Positions 41,637-50,488 of a stretch of 64,000 nucleotides of DNA are shown here, piece after piece (the first letter of the stretch is position 1; the number at the start of each line of letters is the position of its first letter). This DNA comes from Spirochaetia bacterium. GTDB taxonomy: Bacteria; Spirochaetota; Spirochaetia; SP-2023. The notes below the pieces were generated by a model. That model ran no database searches. It was not told where the DNA came from and worked only from the letters and a program-made list of their open reading frames with translations. The translations under genes were made by a program, and so were the position numbers. The stretch spans positions 1,728,001 to 1,792,000 of the forward strand of contig OZ253665.1 in NCBI GenBank assembly GCA_965263295.1. The letters run 5' to 3'.

Positions 41637-42851
41637 TTAGCCCCCAAGCAAAGTGCCCATGAAAATGCCCAAATAATTGCCCAAGACATAACCTAGAGTT
41701 CCAACCAGCATTATTGGTCCAACTAGTTGCGTCCATCCTTTGGAGATGGCCAGGGCAACTGCCGTAGTCGGACCGCCAAGATTGGCGTTGGATGCCAGCA
41801 GAGCGTCTTCCAGATTAAACTTCATGACCCTTGCCGCAGTCAGGGTGAGCAAAATATTGACGCAGGATATGATGGCAGCAAACAGCAAGAGTAGAGGTGA
41901 TTTGAAAATAATCAAGGTGATGGAAGCGGGCACCCCGATGACGGTAAAAAATAGGTAAATCAGAAAAGTTCCTATTTCCTGGGAACCCCGAATTGAGCCA
42001 AAAAATTGCGGCAAGTAAGAGGCCCCCAGCACGACCAAAGTGGTAATGATTAAATATTTATTGCTGAGAAAAGATTGCAGCAGATTCAACAAAAAATTTT
42101 CTGAGGGGGGGAATACAGCCGTCAGCAATCGGGCAATTTCACTGGAGATGGCCACGATAACAAAAGATGAGCCTAAAGCATAGCCAATGTCCTTCAAAGA
42201 AATCTCTTTGGGCTGCCAGTATTGGGCCTGCAAAGTAGTTTGGACTTGCACGCCCTGACTCTCGACTTGATCTATGTGGGGATGAGAAAAGCGCTTGCGG
42301 AAAAAGGTCAGCGAAGGTATGACAATTAATGCCATGAAGACAATGCACATGATGAGGTTGTCTGCGACTACGGCGGCCGACACCAATTCTGAGGGTACCG
42401 AAAAAGAGTCGGCCATAGCGGCGAAGTTTACAGTACCACCGATATAAGTGCCTGTCATCATCGCCGCCACTTTGTCCAGTTCGGGAATTATATCCTTCAA
42501 CAAGAAATAGCCGATTGCAGCCCCCACCACGGTGCTTGCGGCACTGACGCAAAAAATGATGCAAAGCCTGCCCGCCGCCCCGCCGATTTTCCTGATATTG
42601 CAGCGGTACAGCAGCAGAGGGATGGCCAGCGGAACTATATATTGCCATATGGCATCGTAGACAGGGGATTGCAGAGGTATTATTCTTAAATTTGAAAGTA
42701 TCATTGGCAACGTGAGGGCACAGATGGCGCCGGTAATCCTGGAAGCCCATTTGTACGTCTGCTCCAAATGGATACTAGTTGCCGCCCAGGCAGTGATAAT
42801 GGCCCACAAAACCCAAGTGTTATCTGCACTGATCAATGTCTTGTCCATCAT
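41637..42851 (-). CDS. DUF819-family membrane transporter-like protein
   Basis: PLAIPLLL, GTYIGGTVNF, ASNANLGGPTTA, GTLGYVLGNY. Confidence 0.88.
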   Translation of the reverse strand: MMDKTLISADNTWVLWAIITAWAATSIHLEQTYKWASRITGAICALTLPMILSNLRIIPLQSPVYDAIWQYIVPLAIPLLLYRCNIRKIGGAAGRLCIIFCVSAASTVVGAAIGYFLLKDIIPELDKVAAMMTGTYIGGTVNFAAMADSFSVPSELVSAAVVADNLIMCIVFMALIVIPSLTFFRKRFSHPHIDQVESQGVQVQTTLQAQYWQPKEISLKDIGYALGSSFVIVAISSEIARLLTAVFPPSENFLLNLLQSFLSNKYLIITTLVVLGASYLPQFFGSIRGSQEIGTFLIYLFFTVIGVPASITLIIFKSPLLLLFAAIISCVNILLTLTAARVMKFNLEDALLASNANLGGPTTAVALAISKGWTQLVGPIMLVGTLGYVLGNYLGIFMGTLLGG

Positions 42852-43223
42852 GAATCACCCATTATATGCAAATGTTTTATGATATGAATGTTTTGCAAAT
42901 CTTACAATACATCATAAACAAAAAGGAGCATTTTATTGCTAGCAGATCCGCATAAAACATAAATCTTTTAAAATTAGCTCTTCAATCTGCAGGAGCTTGA
43001 AGCTTTAGAGTCAAAAACCTGCCGTAGAAATTTGTGAAGTAGTATGGGGCCCAGAAACTTGCTCAAGACTTGCCCAAGACTTACTTGCTCAAGGTTTACT
43101 AATGAGTTTATAATCGGGCAAAATACGCCATTGAGACTTGCATCAAGATTTGATGGCGCACTAGTCTGCAGCCGCAGACTAGTACTTATTTTAGACAAGG
43201 AAAAACAAAGGAGAGAAAATAAT

Positions 43224-43541
43224 ATGCCATTGATTATCAATGATGACAATTTTGCCTCTGAGGTAAAACAATCCGACATTCCTGTTCTAGTCGATTTCTG
43301 GGGTCAGGGCTGCCCGCCATGCGTGATGATTGCCCCGATCATTGAAGAATTGAGCACAGAGTACCAAGGCAAAGTGAAAATTGTCAAAGCTGACGTCAGT
43401 GAAGCCCAACAAGCAGCTGGAGAACTAGATATTATGGCTGTACCGACATTGGTTCTGTTCCGCGCTGGCAAAGAAGTCACACGCCATATGGGGTTTGCCA
43501 CCAAGGACCAGATTATTTCCAAGCTCCTGGCCAACGCCTAA
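43224..43541 (+). CDS. Thioredoxin with atypical GCPPC active site
   Basis: PVLVDFWGQGCPPC, IMAVPTL; AAGGAG RBS before ATG 43224. Confidence 0.9.
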   Translation: MPLIINDDNFASEVKQSDIPVLVDFWGQGCPPCVMIAPIIEELSTEYQGKVKIVKADVSEAQQAAGELDIMAVPTLVLFRAGKEVTRHMGFATKDQIISKLLANA

Positions 43542-43545
43542 GAAT

Positions 43546-44970
43546 TCAATAGAAAAAAATCGGGTTACTCAAAAGCAAGGCCTCTTCGCGCAAAAAACCC
43601 TTATCGCACAATGTATGTTGGAAGAGTTCAAAGCGCAAAAAGGCATGCTCGGCAGTTGGCCGCGCAACGGCATTGAGTGGCAACACAAAACGACAGTCAT
43701 GCTCAAGCGCTCCGTCGCGCCCACCTGCCCACGCCTCAAAATCGGCCGGAGACAATTCCTGTTCTAAAGCCAGGCCCCGTTCATTCCAACAGCGCAATAA
43801 CAACGGCTGCAATTCGGCCAGATAATCGGCAGCCACAGTCAACTCAAGCTGCAAGTCGCCCTGCTGTAGCGACCAGCGGCTGCCAAAGGGCATAAATCGG
43901 CCTCCCGTTTCCGCATCCACCTCTACTATGCGGCAGCACGCGGCAAAGCTGCGAGAAGCTAACGGCTCCGCCGTGATATAGTTGTGCCCTTGGGACAGAG
44001 CGCCCAGTATTTCGCATCTCGTCTTCCCATTGACCCAAACATTATTGCACGGATAGCCATGGCGCTTAGTCTCGGCGGAATGAAAGTCGCTATTCCCCAC
44101 GGCAGGAAGCCGGCGGCCTTGCTGCAAAAGACTTTGCCATATTTGAGTATTCGCCACATTATTGCGGTTCCAGGCGCCATTCCAGACCTCAATCCAATCA
44201 AAGGGCATGTCGTAGCTCCAGTTCCACTGGCAACCCGCAATATCTCCTTGGCGAACCGGGTGATTCAGCTGAATCCACAACTCGGAATCAATACAATTTT
44301 GTTGCTTAAGTCCCTGCAACAAGTCGCGAACTTCCTCTGAACTCGTGCACATAAAGTTGGGAATACGCTGCGGCAATCGGCCAAAAATGTTTACATGACC
44401 TCTGTATGTCGTGATTTCACAAGAAGGTAACAACAACACGTCAGGGTTACAAGGCAAACACAGGTTCTGTGACACGGAATTGTGGTCCGTAAAGCCCAAG
44501 AAATCCAGGCGGCTCTCGCGGGCCATCCGCAGCTTGTCTTCGATACTGTGGGCTCCGTCGCTGTATAACGAATGCCCATGAATATCGCCGCGCACGATAC
44601 GCGCCTGCCGCGCTCGGAGTTCCAGCTCTAATTCGACAATAATACTCTGACTGTGCTCACGACTATCCCCCAACAGAATCTCCCATTGTCCAGTCTGCAG
44701 GGGACCAGCCAGGTAGCCCAGACTAGCCTGCTCCTCCCCGATAAAAATCTGCTGCATGCGATTGAGATTGCCGCTCCAGCCGCGGATTCTGCCATCGGCA
44801 TCGGCCACGCCAATATCAATGGCACACTGATCGCCGGCTCCCCCCCGGTAGCTGCCGGTAAGTGAGATATATTCGGTGTCAGGGTAAACTTCAAACGGAA
44901 TCCGAGAATAGGTCTTGCCCGCCGCGGGTGGAAAATCCCGGCGGATTTGCAAGCATTGAGTCTGCTTCAT
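43546..44970 (-). CDS. PHP-domain metallohydrolase (CehA/McbA-like)
   Basis: GDIHGHSLYSDG, TDHN, EITTYRGH, NHP, IEVWNG, GNSDFH. Confidence 0.87.
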   Translation of the reverse strand: MKQTQCLQIRRDFPPAAGKTYSRIPFEVYPDTEYISLTGSYRGGAGDQCAIDIGVADADGRIRGWSGNLNRMQQIFIGEEQASLGYLAGPLQTGQWEILLGDSREHSQSIIVELELELRARQARIVRGDIHGHSLYSDGAHSIEDKLRMARESRLDFLGFTDHNSVSQNLCLPCNPDVLLLPSCEITTYRGHVNIFGRLPQRIPNFMCTSSEEVRDLLQGLKQQNCIDSELWIQLNHPVRQGDIAGCQWNWSYDMPFDWIEVWNGAWNRNNVANTQIWQSLLQQGRRLPAVGNSDFHSAETKRHGYPCNNVWVNGKTRCEILGALSQGHNYITAEPLASRSFAACCRIVEVDAETGGRFMPFGSRWSLQQGDLQLELTVAADYLAELQPLLLRCWNERGLALEQELSPADFEAWAGGRDGALEHDCRFVLPLNAVARPTAEHAFLRFELFQHTLCDKGFLREEALLLSNPIFFY

Positions 44971-45555
44971 ATCGGCCCATTTTAAGCAAATGCACCATCC
45001 TATGGAACAGTCGAGATGAGTAGCGAAGCTGCAAATTTACTGTGCGATATTCTTTATCTGGCGATGATGCGTGCTGCCAAAGAATATCGCCCCAATACCG
45101 CGGTAAGATATCGCAGAAAAGTATCGCAAAATCAAAACTTGACTTCGTATCCACTAACTGGCAATCTACTCACGAATATGGCATTCCTCCCCAAGCTGCT
45201 CAAGATGCTCAAGCTGCCCAACATAAGAAAAACAAATTTTATGTATCTGGCACAGGCCAAGCAGCGCGAGGCGGCGAGGCGGAGTGTAATACCCGATTTT
45301 ACAGCTACAGAGGTGGCTCGCACCACTGAGATTTGCCAGAGACCGTTTCCATAGCTGCGCTCCCCATTTGCCGTTCCTCGTTCTAATTGCCTTCAAAGTC
45401 AGCCCTGTTACAGCTTGATCCATCCTGTAATCCCTATTCTAAAAGGATTTGAATTCAGCTATGTATATTTTCAAGCCAAACGCTTCCAAGCGGCAAAGTG
45501 CGCTTAGTCATTTATAATTGAGTACATCCGGCAGTCAAGAAACAGGAGTTCATTC

Positions 45556-46785
45556 ATGCCTCAATACTTTAGCGCAGAAAAAATTTACCACAACGGCCGC
45601 TTTGGCTACGATAGCGCCCTGGCCGTCGATGACGAAGGTTCCATAATCGGCCTCCTTCCTTACCGTCATGCTCGAAAAGAAGCTGGCAGCAATTTAATTG
45701 ATTTTGGCAATCGCATCCTTGCCCCCGGCTGGGTAGATCTTCAACTTAATGGCTGTGGCGGAGGCCTCTTCAACCGCGACCTGAACCTGGATTGCTTAGA
45801 AAAAATGTTGCGCGGCAGCCTGCGCCACGGCACCACCAGTATACAACCGACATTGATCAGCTGTAGTGACGAAGACATCCTGAACGCCCTGGAAATTATA
45901 CGTGAAGCCCAGCAAAAAGCCCGTCGTGCCAGCGCAGTCCGTCAGCGCCAGCTCTACCAAGGCATTATGGGGATGCACCTGGAGGGGCCCTACATCTCCG
46001 TTGCGCGGCGCGGGGCACATCCTGAACACCAGGTCCGAGCGCTCGACGAGAGCATGCTGCAAAAGCTGGAAGCCGCCGGTCGCGACGGCGTGTTGACCTA
46101 TATTACTGTCGGTGCCGAGTCGGTGCAGCCGTTGCAGGTGGCTCGTTTGAGTGCCAGCGGCCTGACGGTCTCACTGGGGCATACCGGGGCAGCTATCCAA
46201 GACTCACGGGCCCTGCTGCTCGCCGGGGCCCGCTGCTTCACCCATCTCTACAATGGCATGGGCGGTATCGACAGCCGCGATCCGCACACCCTCAGTCTGG
46301 CGCTGGAAGATCCACGTGCCTACAGCGGCATCATTGCCGATGGCCACCACGTGGCCAAAGAAAATATCCGCATTGCCCAGCGCCTGCTGGGAGAACGCCT
46401 ATTTTTGGTCACAGACGCCACGGCCACGACTGATGTCGGAGAACGCCAAATCTTCTTTGGCGAACAAACCTGTCAGATCCAAAACGGCACAATCCGCAAT
46501 GAAGAGGGGGCACTCGCAGGTTCAGCACTGACTATGAAGCGCGGCGTCGAGATTTTATCTGACCTCTTTGGACTGAAAGTAGCTCTGGACATGGCCACGC
46601 TCAACCCAGTCTGCGCCTTGAACCCGCAGCGTCATTATAACCAACGTATTGGAACCTTTGCCCCCGGTGCTAGAGCAAATTTTGTCGTACTAGACTTTTC
46701 CTGTAGCAAAAAATGCCGCGAAGACAATTACAGCGAAATTACGGCACTGCAAACCTGGGTCTTAGGCCAGCGCTGGGAAGACTAA
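45556..46785 (+). CDS. nagA: N-acetylglucosamine-6-phosphate deacetylase
   Basis: DLQLNGCGG, HLEGP, THLYNGM, IADGHH, LVTDA, LAGS. Confidence 0.94.
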   Translation: MPQYFSAEKIYHNGRFGYDSALAVDDEGSIIGLLPYRHARKEAGSNLIDFGNRILAPGWVDLQLNGCGGGLFNRDLNLDCLEKMLRGSLRHGTTSIQPTLISCSDEDILNALEIIREAQQKARRASAVRQRQLYQGIMGMHLEGPYISVARRGAHPEHQVRALDESMLQKLEAAGRDGVLTYITVGAESVQPLQVARLSASGLTVSLGHTGAAIQDSRALLLAGARCFTHLYNGMGGIDSRDPHTLSLALEDPRAYSGIIADGHHVAKENIRIAQRLLGERLFLVTDATATTDVGERQIFFGEQTCQIQNGTIRNEEGALAGSALTMKRGVEILSDLFGLKVALDMATLNPVCALNPQRHYNQRIGTFAPGARANFVVLDFSCSKKCREDNYSEITALQTWVLGQRWED

Positions 46786-46829
46786 CTGCGAGGCGAGCGG
46801 CGAATTGTTCCAAATTGTTCTTTATATGC

Positions 46830-47447
46830 CTAGATATCAGGGCCGGAATGGCTTACATTTAGATCATGCAAATGGCCATTATCCAAACTGTAAATCCAGC
46901 CATGGACGTGCAGCGACTGACCACGACGCCACGCCTGTTGCACGATGGCGGTTGCGGCCACATTCGCCACCTGCTCAACCACGTTCAGTTCACACAAGCG
47001 GCTGCAACGCTCTTCAAAACGCGGCAAAGCCTCAATTTCCGCTTGATGAAGACGATAAACGTCGCGAATGTGGCGTAGCCAGTTATCAATCAGACCGTAG
47101 CTTTCGCCGCGTTCTTGGGCCGCAAGAGCGGCCGCCACACCGCCACAACCGTAGTGCCCGGCGACAATAATATGGCGCACCTGCAGTACTTCCACGGCAT
47201 ACTGAACGACGGACAAACAGTTAAAATCCGTGTGCACGACGACATTGGCAATATTGCGGTGCACAAAGACCTCTCCCGGCGGCAGCCCAATAACTTGATT
47301 CGGCGGCACTCGACTATCGGCACAACCAATCCACAAATATTCTGGTCGCTGTTGCTGCGACAAATGACGAAAAAACCCCGGTTGTCGCTCATCTATTTCA
47401 CGGGCCCACTGGCGATTATTATCAATAAGTTTTTTAAGAGAATTCAC
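46830..47447 (-). CDS. can: Beta-class carbonic anhydrase
   Basis: WIGCADSRVP, VFVHRNIAN, GHYGCGGV. Confidence 0.95.
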   Translation of the reverse strand: MNSLKKLIDNNRQWAREIDERQPGFFRHLSQQQRPEYLWIGCADSRVPPNQVIGLPPGEVFVHRNIANVVVHTDFNCLSVVQYAVEVLQVRHIIVAGHYGCGGVAAALAAQERGESYGLIDNWLRHIRDVYRLHQAEIEALPRFEERCSRLCELNVVEQVANVAATAIVQQAWRRGQSLHVHGWIYSLDNGHLHDLNVSHSGPDI

Positions 47448-47494
47448 CTTGCCCCCTCTGAACTTGCGAGTACTCCAAACAATCTGTGAGCTGG

Positions 47495-49387
47495 CTATGT
47501 ATCCAGTAAAATCATCAGCAACGAAATGTCACTGGGGCGCACTCCGGACACCCGCGAAGCCTGGCCCAAGGTTCGCGGCTGGACTTCAAGAAGCTTCTGC
47601 CGGGTTTCCATCGAGATGGCGCTTGCGACCATCCAGTCGAAACTGGACGGAACTTTAATGTTTTCCAAATTGCGAAATCGGTCAATCTCTCGCTGCTGAC
47701 GAGCGATATAGCCGGCATATCTGATGTCGAGAACCGCGTGCTCCAGCCAGGGAGCCGGATACTCGGCCAGTTGCGGCACAACTTCTGTGAGCTTTTCGAT
47801 GCGTATATTGGGATCGCGCAGGGCGCGGTGCAACGACGGGTCGCGGACTAGAATGCCCAGCTCGCCGCGCTCGCTTTCGCTGAGTTTGCGCTGTGCGACC
47901 AGCTCCTGAATACTTTCCAGCGCAGCTTTTTTTTGGACGCGCAGCGCTAGGCGCGGCGCGTCCAAAATGCCAATGCGCTCGGCCTGAGGCAAGAGGCGCA
48001 AGTCCGCATCGCTGTGGCGCAAAGCCAGACGGTACTCGGCGCGCGAAGTGAACATTCGGTACGGCTCCTCGGTGCCCAGAGTCACCAAGTCGTCAATCAG
48101 GACACCGATATAGGCTTCAAAGCGCCTTAGAACCAAGGGCTCAGCCGAGTGCTCACCCCGCCTGCGGCGCAGTTTGAGACCGGCATTAATTCCGGCTATC
48201 AGTCCTTGCCCGGCAGCCTCCTCATAACCGGAAGTGCCATTGATCTGTCCCGCCAGAAACAGGCCAGGGTGCAATTTACTCTCCAAGCTCGGACGCAGTT
48301 GCAGCGGACTGACAAAATCATATTCGACGGCATATCCAGGGCGCATCATTACAGCGCCCTCCATACCCGGAATACTGCGGATAAACGCCTCCTGTACGTC
48401 TTCAGGCAGCGAGGTGCTCAAACCGTTCAGATACATTTCTTCAGTACAGGCACCCTCCGGTTCCACGAAAACCTGGTGTCGTTCGCGATCGGGAAATCGT
48501 TTGAGCTTATCTTCAATTGAGGGGCAGTAACGCGGCCCGGTCCCTTGTATCTGCCCACTGAACAGCGGCGAACGCTGCATGTTTGACCGGATAATCTCAT
48601 GAGTTCGAAAATTGGTGTAGGTAATATGGCAAGGCAAGGCCGGGCGCTTTTGTAGCTGTGCCATGTAGTCGTTTTCAGCACTTTCGAACGAAAAACCGCC
48701 GGGCCTATCATCGCCGGGCTGGATTTCCATCTGGCTAAAGTCCAGACTGGAAGCCTGTACCCGCGCCGGCGTGCCCGTCTTCAAGCGCCCGATCTTATAA
48801 CCGTATTCACACAGTTTCTCACTCAAGCCCAAGGCCGCTTTCTCGCCCAAACGACCGCCAGCTGCCTGGTACTCACCGATATGCACTTTGCCATTCAAAA
48901 AAGTGCCCGTGGTCAAAACCACAAGCTCGGCCATGATTTCATGGCCGCGCTCGGTACGAATGCCACAACAGATGCTCTGGCCGGCTTCGGCTCCCGTTCC
49001 CGGGCGCAATAACAAGTCGACGACCGTGTCCTGGAAACAGCGCAAATTCGCCTGACTTTCAACGGAATATTTGGCCCGCTGGGCATACAGCACGCGGTCC
49101 GCCTGGGCACGCGGCGCCTGAACGGCAGGCCCGCGCGAACGATTCAGGACGCGGTACTGTATCATGCTGCTATCAATCAGACGAGCCATTTGCCCACCCA
49201 GGGCATCAATCTCGCGCACCATATTGCCCTTGCCCAGGCCACCTACCGCTGGGTTGCACGACATCTTGCCAATCGTATCCAGATTCTGCGTGACCAGTAG
49301 CGTGGCAAAGCCCATGCGCGCCGTTGCCAGCGCGGCTTCAATACCCGCGTGCCCCCCGCCAACTACAATTGCCTGGCAATCCAGCAT
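47495..49387 (-). CDS. mnmG: tRNA uridine-5-carboxymethylaminomethyl synthesis enzyme MnmG
   Basis: GGGHAGIEAA, MSCNPAVGG, RLKTGTP, GPRYCPSIEDK, GQINGTSGYEEAA. Confidence 0.98.
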   Translation of the reverse strand: MLDCQAIVVGGGHAGIEAALATARMGFATLLVTQNLDTIGKMSCNPAVGGLGKGNMVREIDALGGQMARLIDSSMIQYRVLNRSRGPAVQAPRAQADRVLYAQRAKYSVESQANLRCFQDTVVDLLLRPGTGAEAGQSICCGIRTERGHEIMAELVVLTTGTFLNGKVHIGEYQAAGGRLGEKAALGLSEKLCEYGYKIGRLKTGTPARVQASSLDFSQMEIQPGDDRPGGFSFESAENDYMAQLQKRPALPCHITYTNFRTHEIIRSNMQRSPLFSGQIQGTGPRYCPSIEDKLKRFPDRERHQVFVEPEGACTEEMYLNGLSTSLPEDVQEAFIRSIPGMEGAVMMRPGYAVEYDFVSPLQLRPSLESKLHPGLFLAGQINGTSGYEEAAGQGLIAGINAGLKLRRRRGEHSAEPLVLRRFEAYIGVLIDDLVTLGTEEPYRMFTSRAEYRLALRHSDADLRLLPQAERIGILDAPRLALRVQKKAALESIQELVAQRKLSESERGELGILVRDPSLHRALRDPNIRIEKLTEVVPQLAEYPAPWLEHAVLDIRYAGYIARQQREIDRFRNLENIKVPSSFDWMVASAISMETRQKLLEVQPRTLGQASRVSGVRPSDISLLMILLDT

Positions 49388-49555
49388 GATTCATCCTTTA
49401 TCTGGCCGCAGATATTAGCTGTAGAATTCATGGAAGTCAATGACCCAATATCGGCACCTCAGGCTATCTGGTGCCAGCGAACTCTTTATTTTGCGGCCGC
49501 GCCGGTCGACAAGTGCAGACCGAGCAATATCAGCGATAACTCACCCCAACAGATA

Positions 49556-50467
49556 TCAGGGAGTTTTAGACTCAAGCGCTCCCGGTGGCATCGTTCCCGC
49601 ATTTTGCTCTAGCTCTTTCACTTCTTCGGGAGTCGGTATGTAAGTGTCTATCGGCACCTCAGGCAGCGTCACTTCAGGTACCGCGTCAGGCGCCGCGTCG
49701 GGAGAATCTTGGCGCAAATCTTGCGCGGCATCCTCGATTACGATTTCTTCGCGGCCACTACTGACCCGAGGAACCATGTAGGGACCTAATCTGGCGACTA
49801 CGTAATTATTCGGAAATTCGAACGCCAACATGACTTTCTCTAGTTCATCATTGCGAATTTTCAATTCCTTAAGGGAAATGATACTTTGATAATTGGCATC
49901 CGTGAACAAAACTTCATTGTTTACTTTGTATCCAACAATTGAATACATTGAAACATCTTCAGGTAATAAAAATAATAGTTCATCTCCCTGAGGTGGCACC
50001 GCAACCACGGAGCCGAGGTCGCGCGTCGATGGGGCCTGCATTTCAAAACTGCGGGCGCTCATTTCTCCCGCTTTATCGTATATTTCTACTATATAATGAC
50101 CGCGAGGCAAGTTTTCCAAATACCCACAGCTGAATTGGTTGCTGCCAATCCAAAAGACTCTGGAACTAGTGATACTCTGCCATTGAGTGGAATCCAGAGC
50201 CCAAAAGAGGTCTTCATCCCGATTAATTAAATACATGGAATCCAGGTCTTCGAGGCCATCTTCATCCGCGGGCCGCACGAAGACGGACAAGGCTTCTCGT
50301 CCCAGTGTATTCTCATCCCGCAGAACATCGCTGGCGCGAGGAGTGAACTGGATATTTAGGCGCCAACTCACTTCAATTATAGACGGAGCCACGCCGCCAC
50401 AGCTAACGGACAAAGCCAGGAGGCCCAGACAGAACAGCAACTTGCACAAGCGAAAAATCATGCCCAT
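49556..50467 (-). CDS. Putative lipoprotein
   Basis: Signal peptide ending LALSVSC; acidic, Pro-rich tail. Confidence 0.75.
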   Translation of the reverse strand: MGMIFRLCKLLFCLGLLALSVSCGGVAPSIIEVSWRLNIQFTPRASDVLRDENTLGREALSVFVRPADEDGLEDLDSMYLINRDEDLFWALDSTQWQSITSSRVFWIGSNQFSCGYLENLPRGHYIVEIYDKAGEMSARSFEMQAPSTRDLGSVVAVPPQGDELLFLLPEDVSMYSIVGYKVNNEVLFTDANYQSIISLKELKIRNDELEKVMLAFEFPNNYVVARLGPYMVPRVSSGREEIVIEDAAQDLRQDSPDAAPDAVPEVTLPEVPIDTYIPTPEEVKELEQNAGTMPPGALESKTP

Positions 50468-50488
50468 CGCGCCACTACGTCCCGGTTT

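Noticed and set aside
45016..45423. Several short overlapping ORFs upstream of nagA
   Set aside because: No motifs, weak starts and mutually overlapping frames; treated as non-coding.
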